From NCBI GenBank assembly GCA_963797095.1, contig CAWCNY010000003.1:96001-160000 (forward strand): a stretch of DNA of 64,000 bases, written 5' to 3'. A program made the translations under genes and the position numbers. The notes beneath the pieces were generated by a model. That model was not told the DNA's origin and searched no databases. It saw nothing but the letters and a program-made list of their open reading frames with translations. This document shows positions 17,960 through 28,252 of this stretch, piece by piece (positions within the stretch are counted from its first letter, which is position 1; each line of letters starts with the position of its first letter). The DNA is from an uncultured Chloroflexia bacterium. GTDB taxonomy: Bacteria > Chloroflexota > Chloroflexia > QHBQ01 > JADMIH01.

Positions 17960-18978
17960 AGCTAGCCGGGCGCCCTACTGGACGATACACAAGGGCTAAT
18001 GACTTGGACGACGAAGCCTCTTGAAAGGGGAAGCGTCAGGACTCAGAGCGCACTGTCTCGTCTGACGACGTTTCAGTATCCGAATCGTGACTAAATAGTA
18101 CCCGTTGTGCGCTGTTAGGCTGCCATCAGCAGGTATTGCAGGGCACCAAGGCGCTCCTGAAACAGCCGCCGCTGTTCAGATAGAGGCACCTTCTCTTTTG
18201 CCTTTGTTCGGTATCGGAAGTACTGCCGTTGCTCATCGAACGCTCGGCAGAAACGAGAGGCAGAAGCCAAGTTACCGAATCCTCTAGCCCTCATAAGGCT
18301 TCCTTGGCGGTAGTGTCAGATCTGGGACTGCAATTCGTTCCATCGAAACCGATGACTAATAACCACTGGAGGATGATGGGCTAGAGAGGGAAGTATGTAG
18401 CAACCCAATCTAGACAACTGAATGTTCGATGTGGGGTGAGGAAGAACAACCCGATTCCCCACCGTTGAGGTGAACAACGAAATGCCCATCCCCCACGGTA
18501 GCGAACGGTCATCAATCCGTGAAGCGGGGGTGATAGCGTAGATACTCCAAGCCTCAAAGGGGTATCTCGCCTGGCGGGTGGCATATGGGTAGCTTGGCTT
18601 GTAAGAGCGCTGCACACCGAGAGGTGAGCAGTCGAACGTATGATATATCTGTCGTAACTGACAACAAGCTAAAGAGGCTGGCAAGCTTGGCCCAAAATGG
18701 GCAAGGCTAGAGGCTGGCGATATCTCAGTCGTCCAGCATTCACTCTCCCTAAACCCGGCAGACAGTACGACCCTAAGTGCCACGTAAAACGGACATTCGG
18801 AACGAAGTAACCGCCCCTCACTCTCGTGTACGATCAGTATGATCAGTACGATCACGGTCAACTATGCGAGCAGGTGCCAACCGTATGTGGGGGAGAGGTG
18901 GGATTGCCTGAGAAGCGAATGCCTGGGGTAATGCCCAGGATATGCTGACGCAGGCACGGTACTACGGCAGATAGGGTC

Positions 18979-19830
18979 ATGAGTAGGAGTAGATATGTCA
19001 TGAGCGCGGTCACGGGTCAGGTTATGGGTGCGGCCCAACAGCCAGCGTATGAATGGAAAGACTTGCCATGGAAGCAAATCGAGAGGCATGTCTTCAAGCT
19101 CCAAAAGAGAATCTATCGGGCTTCCGTCCGTGGCGATGTTAGGGCAGTCCACCGGCTACAGAGGTTATTGATGAAATCCTGGTCGGCAAAAGCACTGGCT
19201 GTTCGTAGGGTTACTCAAGACAACCGAGGCAAGAACACAGCCGGAGTGGACGGGGTGAAATCGCTCAACCCAAAACAACGACTACGACTTGTCACGATAC
19301 TGACTTTACCCAAGAGGGCACAACCCACAAGAAGAGTTTGGATACCCAAATCCGCCTCCAAAGAGAACGAAAAACGCCCTCTTGGAATACCAACCATACA
19401 CAATCGAGCAGAACAAGCACTCGCTAAGCTAGCCTTGGAAGGTGAGTGGGAAGCTCGATTTGAACCAAACAGCTACGGTTTTCGACCAGGACGAAGTGCC
19501 CATGATGCGATTGAAGCAATCTTCTTGGGTATTCGCCTCAAGCCAAGATATGTGCTTGATGCCGATATCGCGAAATGTTTTGATCGAATCAACCACACTG
19601 CACTATTGAACAAACTCCAAACCTACCCTCGAATGCGAAGAGCCATCAAAGCATGGCTCAAAGCAGGAGTGATAGAAGGGGAGGAATTGTTCCCGACCGA
19701 GGAAGGAACTCCTCAGGGTGGGGTTGCCTCGCCGCTACTCGCCAATATCGCCTTGCACGGCCTGGAAACATCTATCTGCAAAGCCTTTCCATCGAACCAA
19801 AGACCAATAGTATTAAGGTATGCCGATGAT
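18979..19830 (+). CDS. ltrA: outer group II intron RT/maturase, exon 1 (ends at YADD)
   Basis: WKQIERHVFKLQKRIYRAS, TAGVDG, RPLGIP, YGFRPGRS, PQGG and RYADD; exact start codon uncertain. Confidence 0.9.
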
Positions 19831-22378
19831 GTGCGCCATATCACCAGGTGCTAGATACCTTTCGCAGAAAGGAGGGGTTCGGAAGAATAAACCCCTGGGT
19901 CAATGGCTTACCCGATGGCGAAAGCCAAAAGGAACAATAGCATGCCATTAAAGCAGGAGAGAAATGCCACGTCAGAAGATGCTTATGACCTTGTCCTGCA
20001 AGACCCGCGTAATACGGTGAAAGCCAAACTGCTTGAACTTCAGTCTCTAGCGATGCAAGCGTACATCCCCCGATTACAGCATCTAAGGCGGGGCCATCAC
20101 GATAGGGCGACAAAATCGTCGTCGCTCGAACCTTCCGCGTGATGGGCGGTGAGAAACGATCTCACTCAAAGGGGCAGACGAAGCACCTAAGTTACGCTCG
20201 ATACGTCTAGCATTTAGGGAATATGGGATTGCCCAACGGGCCGAGAGGCCCAGGGTAACGGAGCCTCCGTAGTACTCAGAGGACGGGAAAGCCGTCCACA
20301 TTGACCAGGGTACGTCCACGTGAAACCACGTGAGGATTTCATGTTGAACGTAACCAGGCGGGGAAGGGAGGCAGGTGCTTTGAAACCCAGCAAGAGAGGT
20401 ACTCGAGATGAGAAACGCCGAAACTGTACTGGGGATCATCCAGGATCGCGGCAGGAGAGGACTGCTGCTAGAAGATGTCTATCGACAACTGTTCAACCCG
20501 CAACTGTACCTGCTCGCCTATGGCAAGATTTACCGAAACAAAGGAGCGACGACACCGGGAACGACACCGGAAACTGTGGATGGAATGTCCATGATGAAAA
20601 TCGATGCCATCATCGAAGCCTTACGCTTCGAGAGATACAGATGAACACCGGTGAGGCGTATCTACATCGAGAAAAAGCACTCCAAAGGGAAGCCCCAGAG
20701 GAAGTCTCAAGGAAAAGCAATCTCGAAAAAGAAGCGCCCCCTCGGAATACCCGCATGGTCAGACAAACTGTTGGCGGAGGTAATACGCCTCATCCTTGAA
20801 GCATACTACGAACCGCAATTCAGCCCATCTTCCCACGGTTTTCGCCCTGACCGAGGTTGCCACACAGCGCTACGGGAAATCTACCATAAATGGGTGGGCA
20901 CAAAGTGGTTCGTGGAGGGCGACATTTCCGACTGTTTTGGCTCGCTGGATCACACCATCATGATGTCAATACTCAGGGAAAAGCTCCACGATAACCGCTT
21001 TCTGCGCTTGATTGAAGGTTTGCTCAAGGCCGGATATTTGGAAGGGTGGAGATACAACGCCACGCTCAGTGGTAGTGCACAAGGCTCGGTACTTAGCCCC
21101 ATCCTCGCCAATATCTACCTTGCCAAACTGGATAAGTATGTCGAGACGACGCTCTTGTCAACCTACAACCAAGGGAACCGACGCAAGATCAACCCGGAGT
21201 ATCTCCGGCTACGCGCCAGTGTCACGAGGCTAAAACGGATGGGGAAAAAAGAGCAAGCACACAAGTTGCGTCGTCAGATGCAGCAGCTACCCTCCCTTGA
21301 CCCCAACGACCCAGCCTACAGACGGTTGCGCTACATACGGTATGCAGACGATGTGCTTGTGGGTTTCAGCGGCCCACGTAAGGAAGCTGAAGAAATCAAG
21401 CAACTCCTCAAAGAGTTTTTGGGTGATGAACTCAAGCTGACCCTCTCAGAGGAGAAAACGTTGATCACCCATGCACGGAGCAAAGCTGCACGCTTTCTGG
21501 GTTATGAGGTCGTAGTGCTCAACAACGACCACAAACTGGACCGGCGTGGACATCGGAGCATCAACGGCCAGATCGGGCTGAAAGTACCCTCGGACGTAGT
21601 ACGTGCGAAATCTACTGGCTACCTGCACAACGGCAAACCGATACACCGAACGGAACTTATCCACGACAGCGTGTACAGCATCATGGCACAGTACCAGGCG
21701 GAGTACCGGGGCATTGTGGAGTACTATCGGCTGGCTTACAACCTGCACCAACTCAACCGGCTGAGGTGGGTGATGGAACGGTCGCTAACTCAAACACTGG
21801 CACACAAGCTACGCATCAGCGTGAGCAAAATCTACCACCGTTACCAAACCAACATTCAGACAGAAGCGGGTCCACGTGTTGGCCTGCAAGTGGCGGTTGA
21901 GCGCGGAGAGGGAAAGAAGCCACTGATAGCGAAGTGGGGCGGTATTACTCTCGCACGGAATATGAAAGCAGTCCTCAACGACCAACCTACACGTGTTTGG
22001 GGATCACACTCACACACAGAGCTAGAAAAACGGTTCCTGGCAGACACTTGTGAGCTATGCGGCTCACGTGAAGATGTCGAGGTACACCATATTCGAGCAC
22101 TAAAAGACCTCAAACGAAAGGGACGTGCTGATAGACCTGAATGGGTGAAAGTGATGGCGGCACGCCAACGCAAGACGCTGGTGGTCTGCCGAGCATGTCA
22201 CGATGAAATCCACAGAGGGAAACTAACACAGCATACACTACCACGAGTACAACACGAAGCCGCTAATGGAAATGGAGAAGCACTGGAGAGCCGGGTACTC
22301 CGAAAGGCGTAAGCCCGGTTTGGGGAGGGGCGGACAGAAAAGTATCGGTAACGACAACTCGCTGGCCGCCTACTCTAC
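19831..22378 (+). mobile_element. group II intron, inner (IIA, LtrB/ML-like), inserted after the YADD codons
   Basis: Begins GTGCG at 19831, has domain V GAGAGCCGGGTACTCCGAAAGGCGTAAGCCCGGTT at ~22287 and ends CTACTCTAC at 22378. Removing it restores YADD|FVVMHE. EBS1 and EBS2 pair with the exon. Confidence 0.93.
20408..22312 (+). pseudogene. inner intron RT/maturase/HNH with an in-frame TGA at 20642-20644
   Basis: ORFs 20408..20644 and 20651..22312 share a frame and read ERYR*TPVRRIYI (probably TGG->TGA). RYADD is intact, with C-terminal CELC..HH..CRACH HNH. Confidence 0.85.
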
Positions 22379-23353
22379 TTCGTGGTCATGCACGAGAAAT
22401 TGGAGGTTATTGAGCGATGTCAACAAATCGTGACAGAATGGCTCAAGGGCATGGGGTTGGAACTGAAACCCAGTAAAACCCGTATCACGCACACACTACA
22501 CACCTACCAGGGAAACACCGGGTTCGACTTTCTCGGTTTCTCGGTCCGACAATTTCCAGTGGGCAAGACCCACACAGGAAAGAACGGACAGGGCCGAAAG
22601 CTAGGGTTCAAGACCATCATCAGACCAAGCGAAGAAGCTCAGAAACGACACGCCAAAGCACTTGGTGATATCATCCGGAAGATGCGAGGGATCAGTCAGA
22701 TCGACCTGATAACTCTGCTAAATCCAAAGATACGAGGGTGGTGTAATTATCACTCCACCGTCATATCCGGGAAGGTATTCAGCAAGATGAGTGACGTGCT
22801 GTACCATCAGCTAAGACGCTGGGCACAACGCCGTCACCCCAAGAAATCCAAAAGATGGATTGCCAACTGCTACTGGCACCCAAATGAGGGCAAATGGGAT
22901 TTTGCATGCAAAGAAGGAAGGCTAATCCAACATAGGGAGATACCTATCAGAAGGCATGTGAAAGTACAGGGTGTCAAAAGCCCTTATGACGGAGATTGGG
23001 CCTACTGGGGCCGAAGGCTACAGCGCTACCCTGGATTGCACCCGATGGTAGCACAGCTACTAAAGAGGCAGGAAGGGAAATGCGCCTGGTGTGGATTGCA
23101 ATTGAGAAGTGAAGAAATCATGGAGCGTGACCATGACGTCCCAATCGTACTGGGAGGTGGACATGGTATCACAAACCGTAGACTACTTCACGGGTATTGT
23201 CACGACGCAAAGACAGCTCAGGATGGTTCTTCAACCTCTAGAGTTGTCAGAAGTTCCAAAGTTAGGGACCGTAGGACTGAGGAGCCGGATGAGGCGAACA
23301 GTCTCATGTCCGGTTTTGTAGGCGGGCGGGAGGCAGTGATGCCTCTCGCCTAG
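22379..23353 (+). CDS. ltrA: outer group II intron RT/maturase/HNH, exon 2
   Basis: FVV...GLELKPSKT, GFDFLGF, domain X LNPKIRGWCNYH, and CAWC...DH...LLHGYCH HNH. Confidence 0.9.
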   Translation, partial: FVVMHEKLEVIERCQQIVTEWLKGMGLELKPSKTRITHTLHTYQGNTGFDFLGFSVRQFPVGKTHTGKNGQGRKLGFKTIIRPSEEAQKRHAKALGDIIRKMRGISQIDLITLLNPKIRGWCNYHSTVISGKVFSKMSDVLYHQLRRWAQRRHPKKSKRWIANCYWHPNEGKWDFACKEGRLIQHREIPIRRHVKVQGVKSPYDGDWAYWGRRLQRYPGLHPMVAQLLKRQEGKCAWCGLQLRSEEIMERDHDVPIVLGGGHGITNRRLLHGYCHDAKTAQDGSSTSRVVRSSKVRDRRTEEPDEANSLMSGFVGGREAVMPLA

Positions 23354-23609
23354 CCAGCACACGCAGCCCCCCCTGTGGCTGTTCGGGCCCTTGCAAGTCA
23401 CTGATGAACCGGGCTGTTATGCTGCCTGTCGTGGCTACATAGCTACATAGCGCATCCGTGCGTGGAACCACGAGTAATGTGGGCCCATACCCATAATCCT
23501 AATGAAACTGCAAGTTCGGCGCTTCTCCTGGTGCGATCTGACACCCAACGATTAGAATCAAAGCGTCCTCGTTCCCCTGGCATTCTTGTAAAAGGAGAAG
23601 CACTCCACT

Positions 23610-24821
23610 TTGATTGAGTTTCTCAGGTTCCTCGTCATGCGTGTCGTCCCTGCCTTCCAGCAGGGTCTTGCTAACCGGGTTTGGACCAGGCCGACCAGTA
23701 ATTTTCTTCCTACCGGGGCGGTGCCTGGAGCTATATTGGGCCTGTGCCGCAGTAAGCCGGAACTGATTGTAGAGAATGCCCTGCTTCGCCAGCAACTCAT
23801 AGTCCTGCGCCGTCAGGTCAGCCGACCACATCTAACCAATACCGACCGAGCCCTCCTGGTGCTGCTCGCTGGCAGGCTTCGAAGCTGGAAGAGCGCTCTG
23901 TTTATCATCAAGCCCGATACCCTGCTCCGTTGGCACAGGGCGGGCTTTCGCCTGTTCTGGAAGCGAAAATCCAGGACCAAATCGCGTGAACCGAAGTTGC
24001 CTACGGAGACCATCAAACTGATTAGGCAGATGGCTATCGAGAACCGGCTGTGGGGTGCCGAACGGATCAGGGGAGAGCTGCTCAAGTTGGATATTCGGGT
24101 ATGCAAGCGCACTATCCAGAAGTACATGCATCAGGCACACAGGCCTGGTCCCACAGAACGCAAGGCCAATCAAAACTGGTGTACTTTCGTGCGCAACCAT
24201 GCTCCCCAAGTATGGGCAGTCGACTTCCTACCTGTATACGACCTGTTCTTCCGACCGCTATTCCTTTTCGTCATCATGGAACTCGGGTCACGTCGAGTGG
24301 TGCACTTCGGAGTTACCCGCTCTCCGACAGATGAGTGGGTATCCCAGCAACTTCGGGAGGCAACGCCGTTTGGGGAGGCACCCAGGCTCCTGATCCGAGA
24401 TAACGACAGTAAGTATGCAGAGAAGTTCGCCCGTGTGGCGGAAGCCAGCTGGATAGAGGTGCTGTGCACTCCATACCAAGCGCCCCGGGCCAATGCTGTG
24501 TGCGAAAGGTTCCTGGGCAGCGCGAGACGGGAGTGCCTGGATCACTTGCTGCTCCTTGGGGAGAAGCACCTGCACCGAGTGATCAAGGAATTTGTGCGCT
24601 ACTACAACCGCTCTCGCCCGCATCAAGGGATTGGCCAACAGATCCCGGAAGTGGCACACCAGTCAGCGGCGGCGGTGCCAGCAGCGCCAGCAGTGCTGGC
24701 GGAGCAACAGGAGCAACAGGAGCAACAGTTACAGCAAAGGGCACCTGGTGGAACGGAGGCAAAGATAATCAGGGTGCCGGTACTTGGCGGGTTGCACCAC
24801 GATTACCGAAGGGCAGCATGA
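23610..24821 (+). CDS. integrase-core (rve) DDE transposase of an IS element
   Basis: WGAERIRGEL, WAVDF, LIRDND, NAVCERF, YYNRSRPHQG and LGGLHHDY; element ends not resolved. Confidence 0.88.
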   Translation: MIEFLRFLVMRVVPAFQQGLANRVWTRPTSNFLPTGAVPGAILGLCRSKPELIVENALLRQQLIVLRRQVSRPHLTNTDRALLVLLAGRLRSWKSALFIIKPDTLLRWHRAGFRLFWKRKSRTKSREPKLPTETIKLIRQMAIENRLWGAERIRGELLKLDIRVCKRTIQKYMHQAHRPGPTERKANQNWCTFVRNHAPQVWAVDFLPVYDLFFRPLFLFVIMELGSRRVVHFGVTRSPTDEWVSQQLREATPFGEAPRLLIRDNDSKYAEKFARVAEASWIEVLCTPYQAPRANAVCERFLGSARRECLDHLLLLGEKHLHRVIKEFVRYYNRSRPHQGIGQQIPEVAHQSAAAVPAAPAVLAEQQEQQEQQLQQRAPGGTEAKIIRVPVLGGLHHDYRRAA

Positions 24822-24990
24822 TCTATGAATTATGAAATGCTGATAGCCTGTTTGAGCATCGTCACAGCAGGGAAGCAGCCTGCACAATAGGGTGTGTCTA
24901 CTCAAACTGATCAACTGATCAACGCCCATGAACGTGATACGAGCGAAAATAGGACATAGGCCACATCCTGTAGCGTGTAACGGAAACGAG

Positions 24991-27975
24991 CTAGACAGGC
25001 AGCGGTAGGTCTTCTTCCAGCGGCGGTGGCAACTCATCCCACTCCAGCACATAGTCTCCGAACCGCTTGATGTGACTCGTCCAGTACGGGCTCAACAACG
25101 CCAGGTCCTCACGCTTCACCTCGTATCCACTTTCGGCCAACTCATGTACCGCCCTCGTCAAGTCAATCGTGTTTTGCAATATCACTGCATTGGCCAGCAG
25201 ATCGGTGTACTTGACCCGCTTCTCTTGCTCCACCGGGTCAGGTGTGCCGATCACCCCTTCCCCACCAAACGATAGCCACTTCGTGAAGCCGTTGTATGCC
25301 TCCAGCTTGTTCGTTGTCCCGGTGATCTCCTCCCTCAGTTCGGCGTCCGACAAGTACCTCAGCAAGAAGACTGTACGCACTACCCGTCCCAACTCGCGAA
25401 ACGCCTGGTACAGCCGGTTCTTGCGACTGTAGTTGCTCAGCTTGCGTAGCAGCGTCGAGGGCAACACCTTGCCTGCCTGGATCGAAATCGTCACCTGCAT
25501 CAAGTCCTGCCAGTGCGTCTCGATCAATCCCCAGTCGATTGTATCACTGAACAGCGCATCGATGTGCTGGTAGGTCGTCTTCCTGTCTGGGCGATAGAAT
25601 ACCAGGTCCTTCCAGTTGCGGATACGAGGCATCAGCTTTATGCCCAGCAGGTAGGCCATCCCGAATACCGGCGCCGATTGCCCTTGCGTGTCGGCGTGCA
25701 GTGTATCGGGCTGGATGTTGGACGTGTTGGTCTTCAGAATGTCCAGGATGTAGACTGCTTCCCACACGCCGCACACGATGAAGTGGCTGAACAACGCGAT
25801 GTACATGTCCGAGAGGTGGTGGTAAGCAATACCGCCGTAGCCCCCATATCGGATGTGGTATTCGCTCATCAGGCTCTCTTCGTACAGGGCGAACTGCGTG
25901 CCGTCAGCCGCTGCTACCTTCTCCTTGCCCCACAGCCGTGGCAGATGGCGATCGCTGTAGCTGTTGATGACATCGCGTATGGCGGCATCCAACTTCTTGG
26001 TCGTGATATGCCGGAAGTTCACCAGCCACAGTTGGTGCGGGCTGATGCGGCCACGAGCATGCCGCGCCATCTGCACAGGTCCCAGGTTGCAGCCATAGGT
26101 AAAAGCGGCGACAACGTAGCGTTCGCGGGGGTTGTCGATCTTGGGGTCGGAACCCGATAGCGGCCCGAAGTGCCGGCTCCAGTTCGTCCAATACTCCACG
26201 TTGCGCAATACGTCGATCAGGTTGCGTTGGGGCACCCGTTCCTGCAATGCGCTAACAAGCGGCTCCAGCGTCGGTGAGAGTGGCTTTGGCGCGGGTCGCT
26301 TCAGCACCGGCTCGCCTTGCGGACTAATCGTCAACTGCTTGTTCTCGGGGAAGGCGGCGTCCACCTGCTGAGTTGTAGTGCTCAGCCACTCCTTGAGGTC
26401 GGCCACGAACTTCCCCGGCGTGGCGGCAAACCCCAACTCTTGACAGTAGGCCTCCAACTGCCCCTCGCACTCTTCCCAGGGCAGCAGGTGAGTGCGGTAG
26501 TCGGCATACTGCTCCGAACCGGCCACGCTAATATCGCCTGTCTTGAGTTCATAGGCCAGGTAGACGAATACGCAGACCTCTAACTGCCGGCGTACCATAC
26601 GCGGCACTCGTCGACGCCGGTCGGTGATGAGCCGTTGCCATAAATCACTGGCGAAACTGAGATCCAACTCACCACGCACCCACTCGCTGCGCTTGTGCTG
26701 GTTGTCCAGTACGAACTGCACGGCCCCAAGCAGGCTCCCATCCTGGGTAGTGGAACTGAGTTCGAGGGTACGCAGGATACTGAACAGCACTCGACGATGC
26801 GAGCGGAAGAACCGCCACAAGAGTGGCAGGTGGTTGTTGCCGTTGTAGGAGATGACATTGGCGCATTCCTCCTGCAACATCTGCTGGCCGCCTCGCGCCC
26901 ATACCAGTGCCCGCACTTGTTGACCGAGCACAGCGTCCTCCGTGGTCTCGCCCACCGTTTCGAGGATCTCGCTCAGAGTGTCGGCCACGTTGATGGTAGT
27001 GGCGCGATAAGCCTCACGCAACAACTCCAACTCCACCTGAGCGGCGCGCTGGATAGAGCTGACGCGCTTGATCAACATGGTGACCAGTTCATCACGGGTG
27101 GTGACGCGCGCTTGCTGGACCAGGCACAACAGCAGGGTGTAGCGTTTGGCAGGCTCGACGTCGTTCATCGTCGCCGCGTCGAGCACCATAGCTTCGGCAG
27201 CGAAGTGCTTGAGCTTGGCCGGCGGCAGATCAACCAGTAGTTGGTCAAGTCGGTCAAACCGATCAGCATCGCCCAGGGACAGCAGCGAAAGCAGCCAGTT
27301 GAGCTTGGTCTGCCATTCCTTGAGATGCTTCAGCGTGGCGCTAGGGGGTGGGTCCTTGATAGCCTGGAAGGGGGTGCGGCGCGGGCCTAACTTGGTATCG
27401 AGTAGCGCCTGCAGTGCTGCTCGCTCCTGAGAAGTGAGCAGCGCTGTAACCTGGGCAAACAGGCTCAAGTTGACCTGGCTGCGTACATGAGCGACCAGAC
27501 GATCCAGAGTGGTGAAGCCCGGCAACTCAAACCGCAGGCGGACGAGTTCTTCGATGGCAACGTTAATGAGGTCGGCGGGGTTGTCCATGACCAGGGCAGA
27601 TTGGCGGACGATAGCAGCGATAGAGCGGCGGGCGCTCTCATCGAAGGGCTGGACCTGCAGGTAATCACGGACGGCCTGGTGGTGACGGTAAAGGGTACGG
27701 TCTTGCCCGTAGTCCGGTCGCAATTCATCATCGAGTTGCAGGTATGAGCGGACGTGCTCGACTACTGAAGTTGGTATGTCGGCGATGTTGGGGAAGTAGC
27801 CGAGACGTTGGAAGCTCTTGAGCCAGAGGAGCAGATGCAGGCGATGGACATCTTCACGGGCGTTGTCGTGCACCCAGGCAAGTTCGTTGGCAGTAGGCGA
27901 GTAGATCTCTTCGAGTTCGCGGCGGGTGGGATTGCGTTTGAAGCGCGGGTAAGCAGTGCGCTCGATAGCGGTCAT
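24991..27975 (-). CDS. tnpA: Tn3-family transposase
   Basis: 994 aa; MTAIERTAYPRF start, and AADGT, HADTQG and NKLE DDE motifs. Confidence 0.95.
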   Translation of the reverse strand: MTAIERTAYPRFKRNPTRRELEEIYSPTANELAWVHDNAREDVHRLHLLLWLKSFQRLGYFPNIADIPTSVVEHVRSYLQLDDELRPDYGQDRTLYRHHQAVRDYLQVQPFDESARRSIAAIVRQSALVMDNPADLINVAIEELVRLRFELPGFTTLDRLVAHVRSQVNLSLFAQVTALLTSQERAALQALLDTKLGPRRTPFQAIKDPPPSATLKHLKEWQTKLNWLLSLLSLGDADRFDRLDQLLVDLPPAKLKHFAAEAMVLDAATMNDVEPAKRYTLLLCLVQQARVTTRDELVTMLIKRVSSIQRAAQVELELLREAYRATTINVADTLSEILETVGETTEDAVLGQQVRALVWARGGQQMLQEECANVISYNGNNHLPLLWRFFRSHRRVLFSILRTLELSSTTQDGSLLGAVQFVLDNQHKRSEWVRGELDLSFASDLWQRLITDRRRRVPRMVRRQLEVCVFVYLAYELKTGDISVAGSEQYADYRTHLLPWEECEGQLEAYCQELGFAATPGKFVADLKEWLSTTTQQVDAAFPENKQLTISPQGEPVLKRPAPKPLSPTLEPLVSALQERVPQRNLIDVLRNVEYWTNWSRHFGPLSGSDPKIDNPRERYVVAAFTYGCNLGPVQMARHARGRISPHQLWLVNFRHITTKKLDAAIRDVINSYSDRHLPRLWGKEKVAAADGTQFALYEESLMSEYHIRYGGYGGIAYHHLSDMYIALFSHFIVCGVWEAVYILDILKTNTSNIQPDTLHADTQGQSAPVFGMAYLLGIKLMPRIRNWKDLVFYRPDRKTTYQHIDALFSDTIDWGLIETHWQDLMQVTISIQAGKVLPSTLLRKLSNYSRKNRLYQAFRELGRVVRTVFLLRYLSDAELREEITGTTNKLEAYNGFTKWLSFGGEGVIGTPDPVEQEKRVKYTDLLANAVILQNTIDLTRAVHELAESGYEVKREDLALLSPYWTSHIKRFGDYVLEWDELPPPLEEDLPLPV

Positions 27976-28116
27976 CGGCGGACGACCCTTCCTTTATTAA
28001 TAGTAGGTACAAGCGGATGATATAATGACGCGAGTAGACGCAGAGAAGTAGGGACGAAGGTAAGACGAGGGCGGAGACGAAGACGGAGACGGAAGGGGCA
28101 AAATCTCCGCTGGATT

Positions 28117-28214
28117 TCTGCTAAGTGATAGTAGCAGATACCAGGCTCTTTTGTCCAGGCAGCGCCTATGTCTGGTAATGCCGCCAACACACCTGGTTTG
28201 CTATGTCTGCTAAT
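28117..28214. other. putative resolution site (core inverted repeat plus two accessory direct repeats)
   Basis: TCTGCTA-N8-TAGCAGA at 28117-28138; CTATGTCTGGTAAT at 28166 and CTATGTCTGCTAAT at 28201, between the divergent tnpA and recombinase genes. Confidence 0.7.
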
Positions 28215-28252
28215 CTTTAGGTAAACCTCGAAGATCGCGTGGAGCTTTCCTC

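Larger units (their letters stand above)
18107..23358 (+). mobile_element. group II intron, outer (chloroplast-like class IEP), interrupted by a nested intron
   Basis: 5' GTGCG at 18107; domain V GAGCCGGATGAGGCGAACAGTCTCATGTCCGGTTTT at ~23282 followed by domain VI. The 3' end is uncertain by about 2 nt. Confidence 0.82.

Noticed and set aside
20642-20644. TGA as recoding (Trp or Sec readthrough)
   Set aside because: TGA is a normal stop in many genes here and the position corresponds to Trp; a point mutation or sequencing error is simpler.
23360-24900. Terminal IRs/TSD for the rve-type IS, and possible attC sites
   Set aside because: Only weak CTGTGRC similarity was seen; no convincing IR, TSD or attC structure.
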